64,000 nucleotides of DNA, from the IMG/VR virus record IMGVR_UViG_3300042922_000270. The stretch is one strand, 5' to 3'. Shown here one piece after another: positions 53,387 to 62,309 of the stretch. The notes under the pieces were generated by a model. The model was not told the DNA's origin. It did not search any database and worked only from the letters and a program-made list of their open reading frames with translations. The DNA comes from a virus (taxonomy: Duplodnaviria > Heunggongvirae > Uroviricota > Caudoviricetes). The translations under genes and the position numbers were made by a program. How positions within the stretch are numbered: position 1 is the stretch's first letter; each line of letters begins with the position of its first letter.

Positions 53387-55213
53387 TTATATCTCTTTAT
53401 TTAAATGACGAAGAAGAGTAGAAGCTCTGTCTAGCTCAGTTACACCAATAAGTGCCAGATGGTCTTGTGCTCTAGTAACAGACACGTACAGGAGCCTAAG
53501 CTCTTCATCATGTTCACCACTACTTAGAGGGAACATTCCATCCTTAAGACCCCAGACACCCACACAGGGCCATTCTTTACCTTTGGAGCTGTGCACAGTG
53601 TTGACCTGAACTACGTTCTGATCATCTGTCTTACCCGCAGCTCTCATCTCAATGGTCTGGACAACTCTAAAGCCATCAGCACCATACTTAGCTACCCACT
53701 CACAGAACACTTTAGCAATGTCTAAGTGATAATCCAAAGTCTGTAGGTTGTCCCCAAACAAGTATGCCCAACGATCATATAGATCCTCAGAGATACGAGT
53801 AGCAAGCTTACCGGGATCACCAGCAAGAGACTCATACTTGCTAAGAGTGGACATAAACTTATTCCAGGCACTGCGCCTGTCGGATCTAATGGTCTTAGGA
53901 AGATCAGCAGGGTCCCATGTTAGGGGCCTACCCTTAGTATCTTTCCACATGATCTCAGCAGTGGTGGGACCAATGCCAAAGAAGTGGTTAGTGATATGTC
54001 TGAAGTAACCGTACTCAGCCTTGGGGTGGTACATCAGATAAAAGTAAGCTAGGATGTCTTGGACTACAGTCTGCTCAAAGAACGAGTTACTGTCTACTGT
54101 GAATGGTATTCCAGCTTCTGCTAAAGCAATCTCTAGGTCTGGGGTGTGCGCTCTAGCTCTATACAAGATAGCAATGTCAGAGTAAGCAGAACCACCAGCA
54201 ACCCTAGTTTTAATCCAGTCAACCAACTGGGAAGCGCCATACCTAACGTCTGGTATAGATTGAGAACGATTAGTACCAACCAACAAGTTGCTAGCCTTGA
54301 TATCATTCTTAAGAACCTTGTTAGCAACTTCGAGGATCTCATCAGAACACCTATAGTTAGTAGTAAGTGGATATAAGATAGCCTGAGGGTACTGTTCTTT
54401 GATGGTCTCAAAGATACGAGCATCACAGCCCTGGAAGCTGTAGATGGACTGATGAGGATCGCCTACACCGGTAAACTGCTTAGCATGAGGAATGAACTTA
54501 TAGATAAGCTGCCTCTGCTGATGGTTCAGGTCCTGTAGTTCGTCCACTAGAACATCTTCAAAGCCCATAGACTTGTAACACTCGTCAGGTAACTTGTTAG
54601 CTAGAACCAATAGGTCGGTAAAGACTAAGTTGCCCGTCTCATACCTAAACTTCTTAAGAACATCACAGTAGTACTCTATCTCACCAATCTTCATGTTCAG
54701 CCTCATGGCTGTCCTAGAGTCTTCGGCATAGACCTGCAGGATGGTCTTGTTCAGCATGTTGCTCTTCTCTTCAAGAGCTATGAGCATCTTAATATTAGAA
54801 GCCTTAAGCTTCTTGATTCCGTTGGCATCCATCCAGTCAGAAGCCATAGTGACTAAGTGACTAGAATTACTTTGGATACCTGGCTTAGCCTTAAGCTCAG
54901 GCAAGTGGTCCTTGTAGAACCTAAGAACCAACATATAAGAGATCCCGTGGAACGTCTTAACTAAGGTTCTCTTGAAGTCAATAACTGATAAGTCTTCTTC
55001 TAGCTTTTCCTCTAGAGTCTGCTGTACACCTTTATTGTAGGCCATGATAAGTATCTTACTACAGTACTCACCTTCAGCATCTCTAGCTCTAAGTAGATAC
55101 TTGGTACGGTATCTTAGAAGAGTAGTCTTACCGGATCCGGCTAAGGCTTGAACTAGGTGAATGCCAGTGTGAGGTGCAGTAACAGCAGCCTTCTGCTGTG
55201 GATTTAGTTGCAT
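53387..55213 (-). CDS. uvrD: UvrD/PcrA-like SF1 helicase
   Basis: LNPQQ..AV, ALAGSGKTT, TFH, VDELQD, GDPHQSIYSFQG, LTTNYRC, IAILYR, TVHSSKGKEW and LLYVSVTRA. Confidence 0.93.
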   Translation of the reverse strand: MQLNPQQKAAVTAPHTGIHLVQALAGSGKTTLLRYRTKYLLRARDAEGEYCSKILIMAYNKGVQQTLEEKLEEDLSVIDFKRTLVKTFHGISYMLVLRFYKDHLPELKAKPGIQSNSSHLVTMASDWMDANGIKKLKASNIKMLIALEEKSNMLNKTILQVYAEDSRTAMRLNMKIGEIEYYCDVLKKFRYETGNLVFTDLLVLANKLPDECYKSMGFEDVLVDELQDLNHQQRQLIYKFIPHAKQFTGVGDPHQSIYSFQGCDARIFETIKEQYPQAILYPLTTNYRCSDEILEVANKVLKNDIKASNLLVGTNRSQSIPDVRYGASQLVDWIKTRVAGGSAYSDIAILYRARAHTPDLEIALAEAGIPFTVDSNSFFEQTVVQDILAYFYLMYHPKAEYGYFRHITNHFFGIGPTTAEIMWKDTKGRPLTWDPADLPKTIRSDRRSAWNKFMSTLSKYESLAGDPGKLATRISEDLYDRWAYLFGDNLQTLDYHLDIAKVFCEWVAKYGADGFRVVQTIEMRAAGKTDDQNVVQVNTVHSSKGKEWPCVGVWGLKDGMFPLSSGEHDEELRLLYVSVTRAQDHLALIGVTELDRASTLLRHLNKEI

Positions 55214-55866
55214 AGTATCTTTTTAAGTTTGTCCTTTGATTGGGCCCACCTAGGGATACCCATACTATTTTTCTTACAGTAGTTTTGTATAGCCGTAAAG
55301 GTAGGGTGTAGCTTATGTACTCCAGGTAATGGCTTCTTCTTGATAATCATTGCAACATGGTCTGGAATCGGATAACCACGATGGGTCTTAAAATCCCAAT
55401 CAGGATATAGACTATCTAACTTGGCCATCTCGATATCATGACTAAACTTAGCTACTATGCTAGCAGCCGCAATCATCGGATGTATAAGGTCACCATTAGT
55501 AATATAGGTGGCTTTAGTTCCCATCTCTTTAATACCATCGATGACCCTCAAGCCATCCACGAATATCTCAAGGTCAGTAGGATCGTGATCCTTGATAAAG
55601 TCTCTAACCTTTATATCCAGTGCCTGGTTGTGCTTGTTCCTATTGATCTCCTCCACCGAAATGATAATGGAGTGGGTCTCAGCTATCTTACCAATACTGT
55701 TGACTAAGGTTCTCCTTAGATCTTCAGTGGTAAGCTTACTGTCACACACTCCAATATCCCATAGGCCTTCTTGATAGAAGTCGTGGGGGGCTTTAATTAA
55801 ACCAATGGTCATAGGCCCAGCAATAGACCCATGACCAGACTCATCTAGAGCCAATAGATTATGCAC
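55204..55866 (-). CDS. rnhB: Ribonuclease HII (probable GTG start at 55866)
   Basis: ALDESG.G..AGPM, DSK, VDG, GD......AAASIVAK..HD and RGY motifs. Confidence 0.85.
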   Translation of the reverse strand: MHNLLALDESGHGSIAGPMTIGLIKAPHDFYQEGLWDIGVCDSKLTTEDLRRTLVNSIGKIAETHSIIISVEEINRNKHNQALDIKVRDFIKDHDPTDLEIFVDGLRVIDGIKEMGTKATYITNGDLIHPMIAAASIVAKFSHDIEMAKLDSLYPDWDFKTHRGYPIPDHVAMIIKKKPLPGVHKLHPTFTAIQNYCKKNSMGIPRWAQSKDKLKKILCN

Positions 55867-57085
55867 TGGTATCTGCTGCAAACCCTAACATGTCTGTAGG
55901 TATACCGGTTATGTTAGATAGGTAAGCCAGCATAGATTCTCGTCTATCAGGAATAGACCTGATCAGACTATAGATCTTACTACTGTAGGTTCTATCTTCC
56001 TTAAAGAAGGGTGCCCACTCATCCAGGATAATATTAACAGCCTCAGGACTCTTAAGAGCTAGTTCTCCAAAGTCCTTCTTGGTCTTACTGTACTTGGCCT
56101 TATAGTCGTTTACATCTACCTTGTTGCCCTCACCAGCAAGATCTGGAAGAGTAACATTAATGATAGTGCTATTAGGCAACTTAACCTGTAGGTTGTATAG
56201 TTCGTTGACTATCTGCTTCTGACTATTAACATCGTTGTCTAGGACAAAGTAGATACGCTTAAACTTCTTGAGCTTATGAGCATGCTTAGCTATGCCTGTG
56301 TTGGTCATAACGCCTACAGCATTGATGCCCCATGACCTAAGTGTTAGAGTATCAGGCTCCCCCTCACAGATGAAGACATAATCACTATAACTTCTTAGCT
56401 GTTCTTCTAGGTACAGACAATCCATATGGCTATGTCTACCCCAAGGACCCTCAGCTTTAAGGGGAAGGGACTTCCTACGAGAGTCTAGATTAGGAAGGTC
56501 ACCAGGATTGGCTCTACCTTTTAGACTGATTAGGTTACCGTTAACGTCCCTCACTGGAAATATAAATCTTCCACCAAGGTGGTTGGTGATGCCAAACGTA
56601 GAAGGATAGGATAAACCTAGACCCAACATCTGTTCAGCTGTTAGGCCAGAGCTATCTAGGACATCACCTAGGACATCACAATAACCTACCTCGTGCTTCT
56701 CTAGGGTCTTGAGGTCTAAGCCTCTACCCACAAGATACTCTAACTTAGAAGGATTCTCTCTTAAATATTGTTGGCTAGACTGCAAGAATCTCTCTAAGAG
56801 CATAGTTCTCTCAGGGTGAGGCTCTAGAGCTACTCCAGCATGATCAGCTAGAGTTCTCAAGGCAGTGCCAAAGTTACATGATTGAGTTAACATTACCCAA
56901 CTGAAAATGTCCCCACGGGACTTACACATAAAGCAGTACCAGCTATCCTCGTAGGGCTGACAGTCTGCTTTTCTTCCTTTACCATCACACAGAGGTTCAG
57001 GACAGTCAGTACGCCTGTTAGAGCCTATGTACTGACTGACCTTAACGATCTGTTTGATCTCGTCTTTTATAACGGAGAGATCCAT
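55859..57085 (-). CDS. dnaG: DnaG-type DNA primase
   Basis: N-terminal Cys zinc domain (WYCFMC...GDIF), RFIFP, and TOPRIM ICEGEPD...LDND...DVND. Confidence 0.88.
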   Translation of the reverse strand: MDLSVIKDEIKQIVKVSQYIGSNRRTDCPEPLCDGKGRKADCQPYEDSWYCFMCKSRGDIFSWVMLTQSCNFGTALRTLADHAGVALEPHPERTMLLERFLQSSQQYLRENPSKLEYLVGRGLDLKTLEKHEVGYCDVLGDVLDSSGLTAEQMLGLGLSYPSTFGITNHLGGRFIFPVRDVNGNLISLKGRANPGDLPNLDSRRKSLPLKAEGPWGRHSHMDCLYLEEQLRSYSDYVFICEGEPDTLTLRSWGINAVGVMTNTGIAKHAHKLKKFKRIYFVLDNDVNSQKQIVNELYNLQVKLPNSTIINVTLPDLAGEGNKVDVNDYKAKYSKTKKDFGELALKSPEAVNIILDEWAPFFKEDRTYSSKIYSLIRSIPDRRESMLAYLSNITGIPTDMLGFAADTSA

Positions 57086-57717
57086 TAGAGCGACCTTAGT
57101 TTATCCTTCAAATCTTTGAGTTCTTCTCGGGTACGGATAACTTGTTTAGCTAAACTCATAATAGCTTTATCTGGATTGCTAGCATAGAAGTTCTTAAATG
57201 AACTCATACCCTGAGCTATCCTGCTCTCCAAGTCACTAATCTCTTGGATAGCGATACTAACTACTTCTGGCCCTTCATCTACCACAACCTGTTCAGGGAT
57301 ATTATAGATGTTCTCCGTTAGAGTAACTTCTTTACGCCTGACGTTGATGGCTGGGTTAGGAGGAGCATGTTTAACATTTACCTTAGGGATAATCTTATCA
57401 GGTTCGTCGTTACTTTCCTGAGCAGTATCAAATACTCTTAGTACTGGCATAGTGAGGGGTTTGTGGAACTCTCCCACTAACTTACGACCCTTGGGGGTTA
57501 GCCAGTATCTTGTCCGGGTATGCCCTTTAGGTTTATAGCTTCTAAGTATACCATCATACACCAGGTCACCGACAGTATGACGAATCTTACGTTTACCGAG
57601 CTTATCGTTATACGATTGCTTACCTAGAAGCGTAGCTACTTCTTCAGCAGTGATAGAGCCCTCTGCACCTGCAAAGACTCTCAACATCTTCTTGTTCTTC
57701 TCTGAATACTTAGACAT
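57085..57717 (-). CDS. Winged-helix protein
   Basis: ITAEEVA.LL...IRH.V.DL...GIL...YWLTPKG; located between the helicase and primase. Confidence 0.55.
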   Translation of the reverse strand: MSKYSEKNKKMLRVFAGAEGSITAEEVATLLGKQSYNDKLGKRKIRHTVGDLVYDGILRSYKPKGHTRTRYWLTPKGRKLVGEFHKPLTMPVLRVFDTAQESNDEPDKIIPKVNVKHAPPNPAINVRRKEVTLTENIYNIPEQVVVDEGPEVVSIAIQEISDLESRIAQGMSSFKNFYASNPDKAIMSLAKQVIRTREELKDLKDKLRSL

Positions 57718-59132
57718 TATCGTAGTGGCTCAATTGTTATTTCTTTTACGTTACTGAAATACTTCGTATAGAAGAACTTACGGGTGTTAGCGTGGTCTTC
57801 TATATGTAGGGGCTGGTGGTCTATGTAATCCACAAACGTTACTTCAGTCTTACTAGGGTGAATACGTAAGGCTCTACCGATACGCTGTAGGAGTAGGATT
57901 AGGCTCTTACCAGAGGCTGCATTAATCATAGACTTGATTGTAGGAACGTCAACACCTACGTTCATAACTGAAGAGCCGATCAGCACAGGAGTCTTACCTG
58001 ATTCAAAGTCATCAAGCATAGCCTGACGCTTCTCTCGTGACTTCTCTTGACCAGAAATGAAAGGGGCCCCTAGTAGTTTACTAAGTCTCTTACCGTGCTC
58101 AATCTCATTAACAATAACCAAACAAGGTGTCTTACCGGCTGTAATCAGATCAGCTACATCCATAGCAACAACTAGGTCTGACCTTAGATCGTTCTCAGTA
58201 ATGGCAGTCTTGTAGACCTGCTTATACGTAGGCTTCTTATCCCCTTTGGGGATGGGCTTATGATCTACGTGTCTGAGCATGATGTTCACAGGACATAGGT
58301 ATCCATCAGCCATAGCCTGTTTAAGGCTGTACTCATAGATGACCCTACCTAAGATGCCTTGCATTAGCATCTCTTTACCGTCTTCACGCATCCAGGTAGC
58401 TGTTACACCAAACCTGATATTACAGTTGACCAGTAGTTTAGATAGGTCTGTATAGCTGTCAGCAGCGGTGCCGTGACACTCGTCAGCAACCCATACAGTA
58501 GTGCCCTTTAGAAAGGAAGCCACTACAGGCTCTGAGTGCTTACTAACCAGTGACTGAATAGTAGCAACAGTTATACGTCTGATGTCGGTTTGGTTATCAC
58601 CTAAGATACCGATGGGAATCCCCATCATCTTCTCCAACTCGTCACGAGACTGGTTAAGGAGATTCAGGTTGGGTACTGTAATTAGAATATTCTGGTCGGG
58701 CCAGCTCGAAGCTAACTTAGCACAGAGTAGTGTCTTACCTGTACCTGTAGGTAAGATAATAACACCTCTGTTATGGGCCTTGGCAGCCTCATGAGCCTCA
58801 CTCTGATAGTACCTAGGTGTTCTGCTAAGTTCTATCTCTTCTCGTGTCTCAGGGTATTCAGGATAGCTTACTTGAGCATCGGGAATAACCTGGAGTACAA
58901 GGTCTATCAATCCTGCCGGAAACTTACGAGTACGCTTATCGTACAAGTACTTGCGAGTGTCTGCCATGTATCGGGGGTTATACTTAACCTTGCCGTTTAC
59001 ACGAGTAAACTTACTTCCAGCAAACTCTGCCCCAGGCAGCTCATAACTTAGCTTGTTTCTTAACTTGGTCTCCAGGGCACTGTCTGGAGTATCCAGAAGC
59101 TTACCGTAGTGGGGACCGATTTCAATTCTCAT
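57717..59132 (-). CDS. SF2 DExH helicase (UvsW/XPB-like)
   Basis: PRYYQ.EA, LPTGTGKT, ADECH, GVTAT..R.DG, GVDVP and QRIGRALR. Confidence 0.92.
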   Translation of the reverse strand: MRIEIGPHYGKLLDTPDSALETKLRNKLSYELPGAEFAGSKFTRVNGKVKYNPRYMADTRKYLYDKRTRKFPAGLIDLVLQVIPDAQVSYPEYPETREEIELSRTPRYYQSEAHEAAKAHNRGVIILPTGTGKTLLCAKLASSWPDQNILITVPNLNLLNQSRDELEKMMGIPIGILGDNQTDIRRITVATIQSLVSKHSEPVVASFLKGTTVWVADECHGTAADSYTDLSKLLVNCNIRFGVTATWMREDGKEMLMQGILGRVIYEYSLKQAMADGYLCPVNIMLRHVDHKPIPKGDKKPTYKQVYKTAITENDLRSDLVVAMDVADLITAGKTPCLVIVNEIEHGKRLSKLLGAPFISGQEKSREKRQAMLDDFESGKTPVLIGSSVMNVGVDVPTIKSMINAASGKSLILLLQRIGRALRIHPSKTEVTFVDYIDHQPLHIEDHANTRKFFYTKYFSNVKEITIEPLR

Positions 59133-59407
59133 ATTGTAAAGTATATCTCTAAGAATTCCCCAGAGAAATATACTCCCTCGGGGTTGACTTCACTATCAAT
59201 AATATCAGTACCGTAAAGAGGCTCATCAGAATTATAAAATCCCTCATCCTCTTCGTCAGCCGTAGTGATGTAAGTAATCTTAGCTAGTTTGTTCTCAAAC
59301 TTCTCATACTGTTCATAACTAATACTGATACGTCTCTTGGTGTCTCTACGGCCCCTAGGCTGAATCATGACAATGTCGCCGATTTGTGGTGTTCTCTTAC
59401 TACTCAT
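59129..59407 (-). CDS. SH3/KOW-like family member 6
   Basis: PQIGDIVMI...KLAKI...YGTD...FSGEFLEIYFTI. Confidence 0.7.
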   Translation of the reverse strand: MSSKRTPQIGDIVMIQPRGRRDTKRRISISYEQYEKFENKLAKITYITTADEEDEGFYNSDEPLYGTDIIDSEVNPEGVYFSGEFLEIYFTI

Positions 59408-59655
59408 TTTGTAAACATAACCTCTAAGAAGTCAGCTGTAAAGAAGACGCCATCAAAGTTCAATCCGTTTACAATATCGGTGTGATAGAAGACTGGGTCT
59501 GTATCTAGGGATACGGACTTTATAGTTGCCAACTTGTTAGCCAACTCAAAGGTCTCATAATGATTGGGTTTAATGTGCATCTCTCGGGGAGAGGCATCAG
59601 TTTCTTCCAATGCCAGTACTCTGACAATATCCCCTACTTGTGGTTTCTGTTTCAT
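59404..59655 (-). CDS. SH3/KOW-like family member 7
   Basis: PQVGDIVRV...KLATI...YHTD...FTADFLEVMFTK; close paralog of member 6. Confidence 0.7.
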   Translation of the reverse strand: MKQKPQVGDIVRVLALEETDASPREMHIKPNHYETFELANKLATIKSVSLDTDPVFYHTDIVNGLNFDGVFFTADFLEVMFTK

Positions 59656-59664
59656 GTTAAGCCT

Positions 59665-59690
59665 AAAAAGGGAGAGCCGAAGCTCTCCCT
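59665..59690 (-). terminator. Rho-independent terminator
   Basis: AGGGAGAGC-TTCG-GCTCTCCCT then TTTT on the - strand, after the SSB-like gene. Confidence 0.85.
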
Positions 59691-59705
59691 CAAATTAATC
59701 AAGAT

Positions 59706-60584
59706 TTAGAAAGGAATCTCGTCGTCACCAGCGGCTGAACCACCAGAACCACCCTTAGGAGGGTTCTTGGCCTTCCAAGCCTCGAAGTCCTTAGCGCGCT
59801 TCTCTTCGATGCGCTTTAGCTCGACTTCTAGAATTCTCTTAGCCACGTCGGGAGTGGAGTAGTGATCCCCGATATCTACCTTAAGCATCTTAACAGGAGC
59901 CTTAGGGTTCTCCTGGCTGGAGAAGATAGCCTCAACCTCAGTGGGATTGGACCTAGCCTTGTTCACCTGGAATAGGAAGTTAGCGTACTGGAACGCTGAC
60001 ATACCAGAAGTAGAGATGTGGGCTACGAAAGGCTCACAGTCTACCATACCGATGAAGTCGTCGTTCTCGTCAACATCACCGTGGTCTAGACCAGTAACCA
60101 CAATGTAGATGGCACCAGTCTGCTTGCAGCCTTCGTTCTCGTTAGCGGCAATACAGTCGCCACAAGACATGCCCTTGAAACCCTGAGGGTTAAGGTTGTT
60201 AACTAGCTTCTCACGGCCAACAGGAATCTGCCATAGGCCGTTACCAGCTGAACCGTCAGGCTTAGTGTGGCCAATGCTTGAGCACACGACCTTAGCCTTA
60301 CCATCAGGCTTACCCCACTGCTGCATTAGGAATACAGAGTCTAGTACAATGGCTCTGACCTGGATTGCAGTCTTGGGAACCATTACGCCCTTCTTGTTGG
60401 GCTTGGAGTAGTTAAGACCACCCTGAGGACCGTTGTTAACGGCAAACTTAATGCCGGGGTGCTCTAGATAGTGCTGACGAGGCTTCTTAGCACCACCGCC
60501 ACCGCTGTTATTGTTGTTCTTTGATGAAGAAGACGCTAGCTCTAGCTCTTGGGCGAATAGATCAGCATCAAAACCGAATGTCAT
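59706..60584 (-). CDS. Single-stranded DNA-binding protein-like
   Basis: Gly-rich linker and acidic terminal GDDEIPF (SSB-type tail); C..C....C putative zinc site; replication context. Confidence 0.65.
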   Translation of the reverse strand: MTFGFDADLFAQELELASSSSKNNNNSGGGGAKKPRQHYLEHPGIKFAVNNGPQGGLNYSKPNKKGVMVPKTAIQVRAIVLDSVFLMQQWGKPDGKAKVVCSSIGHTKPDGSAGNGLWQIPVGREKLVNNLNPQGFKGMSCGDCIAANENEGCKQTGAIYIVVTGLDHGDVDENDDFIGMVDCEPFVAHISTSGMSAFQYANFLFQVNKARSNPTEVEAIFSSQENPKAPVKMLKVDIGDHYSTPDVAKRILEVELKRIEEKRAKDFEAWKAKNPPKGGSGGSAAGDDEIPF

Positions 60585-60595
60585 AAGTTAAAAGT

Positions 60596-60895
60596 TTATC
60601 CTTGTTTTATTGTTTGAAGCACGTCACGTACCCCAAATCTGTTTCTTAAATGTGGTTTGAGAACCATGCCAGCCCCACCCGGTACTGGAAAGTAAATGTA
60701 CTCAGCTTTAGTAAAGTGTAGTACGTCTTCGTACAGATAATAAGCTATCTTGTTATTACAGTACGGTAACTTGTCAGTGGTCCAGACAGCGAGTATGAGT
60801 TTATCTTTAACAACTAGTGTCTTAATCAAGTCGTACTCTAGGTCTGGGTGATTCTCTGTCTTAAATGTAATTGTCTTATCAGTCAGTTCAAACAC
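60596..60895 (-). CDS. Hypothetical protein
   Basis: GTG-start ORF overlapping the stop of SH3 member 8. Confidence 0.5.
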   Translation of the reverse strand: MFELTDKTITFKTENHPDLEYDLIKTLVVKDKLILAVWTTDKLPYCNNKIAYYLYEDVLHFTKAEYIYFPVPGGAGMVLKPHLRNRFGVRDVLQTIKQG

Positions 60896-61139
60896 TGAAC
60901 ATCAACTCTAAATCTTCTTCGATGACATTAGTACGACCATAGTCATCAGCCATGACTACATACCACCAAGTCATAAAGCCCTCAGGAGAGCCCTTGCTAT
61001 CAAACTTATCGTAGTAGTCTATAGTCTCTATTTTAGCAATCTTACCTATTAGATTTGTAGGCACAGGTTCGTAGGGTTCCGGGCACTTAACAATAGTTAC
61101 CAGGTCATTGACCGAATATTTCGGTAGCGGTTGATTCAT
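60888..61139 (-). CDS. SH3/KOW-like family member 8
   Basis: KYSVNDLVTI...GKIAKI...WWYVV...IEEDLELMFSV. Confidence 0.7.
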   Translation of the reverse strand: MNQPLPKYSVNDLVTIVKCPEPYEPVPTNLIGKIAKIETIDYYDKFDSKGSPEGFMTWWYVVMADDYGRTNVIEEDLELMFSV

Positions 61140-61869
61140 GTAGGCATGCCATAGTGAATAGTATCAGGGCCATCTTAGGGGACCATCTCTTAGAGACAAT
61201 ACCTTGTTTGGCCAGGTCTAAGTACTCTAGGTATAGAGGATTCTTGATCATCTTCTCTAAAATAAATAGACCTCCCCAAGCTTTCTTGGGTTGAGTCTTA
61301 TAGGCCAGAATACAGGCTCTAGTAGTTCCGATGGACAGTTTAATATCATGAGCGTCCACCTCATCTCTAATAGGCCAATGACCCATCATATCGTCCAAGG
61401 TAATTGGTTGAGGTAAGTTCATATCTATTAGCTGCTGTACCGGCCAGTATAGACTCTGTAGGTTACGCCCCCTAAGCTCTAGCATCATATCAGCCGCTTT
61501 GGGGTGAAAGGTCAGACCCAGCTTACCAGAAACTAGTAGGCTCCTCATCTGACCTTTTGTCAGGGCCACAGACTTAAAAGTATTCACCTTAGGCTTCTTA
61601 GACCACTTGGTCAGATTAGCTGTCAGGGTCTCTTTATCTAGCTGAGCTATGTGTCTGTCGGCTCTTGGTACCAGAGTACTAAGGTCCCACGTAGCAGGTA
61701 CATCTATAAAGACTATATGTTGAGGTGGCATAAGTGGAGTAGTCCACTGCCTAAAGAAGTCAGCCTCAGACTCAAGGTTGCCCTTTTCAAGTCTCACTAA
61801 CTTAGCATTAGGAATCTTAGCCACATCAGCCATTACCTGCTGACGAGGACCATAGTAAATATTACTCAT
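61105..61869 (-). CDS. holA: DNA polymerase III delta (HolA)-like clamp loader subunit
   Basis: N-terminal IYYG, a degenerate AAA+ layout, L..G..F...AAD.L.EL.G.NL..L...VQQL, and proximity to dnaX. Confidence 0.55.
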   Translation of the reverse strand: MSNIYYGPRQQVMADVAKIPNAKLVRLEKGNLESEADFFRQWTTPLMPPQHIVFIDVPATWDLSTLVPRADRHIAQLDKETLTANLTKWSKKPKVNTFKSVALTKGQMRSLLVSGKLGLTFHPKAADMMLELRGRNLQSLYWPVQQLIDMNLPQPITLDDMMGHWPIRDEVDAHDIKLSIGTTRACILAYKTQPKKAWGGLFILEKMIKNPLYLEYLDLAKQGIVSKRWSPKMALILFTMACLHESTATEIFGQ

Positions 61870-62032
61870 TCAGAAGGCCGAGGTGCCCAGCAATAAATGC
61901 GGTAGCTCCGGCCCCTAGTACAAACAATACAGCTCCAGTAATCACACCGAAGGCTGCACAGAGAACGGTCAGAGCGATAAACACCGCTACACCGATACCA
62001 CCAGTAACAACCATCTTATCTTCTTTTTTCAT
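61862..62032 (-). CDS. Small membrane protein (56 aa), absent from the ORF track
   Basis: MKKEDKMVVTGGIGVAVFIALTVLCAAFGVITGAVLFVLGAGATAFIAGHLGLLNE: a basic N-terminus and about 45 hydrophobic residues. Confidence 0.65.
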   Translation of the reverse strand: MKKEDKMVVTGGIGVAVFIALTVLCAAFGVITGAVLFVLGAGATAFIAGHLGLLNE

Positions 62033-62309
62033 TACTCATTTTACCTTTGAAACTATTCCATGAACCGTCGTCACAAGCTATACAATCTTCTTTATGCGTA
62101 TGACTACCAAACCCTACAGGTATCCAGCCATACCAAATTAGACCTTTAGTCTTAACTACTACTTCTCGGTAACCTTCACACAAAGGACATACTTGGCTAA
62201 TCATACACGCTTGGGCAAACTCACCAAGCTTCTTAAACAACATAAAAGCGGCACCGGTGACCACAGCACCGAGTAGCATTACATTAGTAAAGATTCCGAT
62301 ATCAATCAC
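62016..62309 (-). CDS. Membrane-anchored zinc-ribbon protein
   Basis: N-terminal TM helix followed by CPLC...CIAC. Confidence 0.55.
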   Translation of the reverse strand: MIDIGIFTNVMLLGAVVTGAAFMLFKKLGEFAQACMISQVCPLCEGYREVVVKTKGLIWYGWIPVGFGSHTHKEDCIACDDGSWNSFKGKMSNEKRR

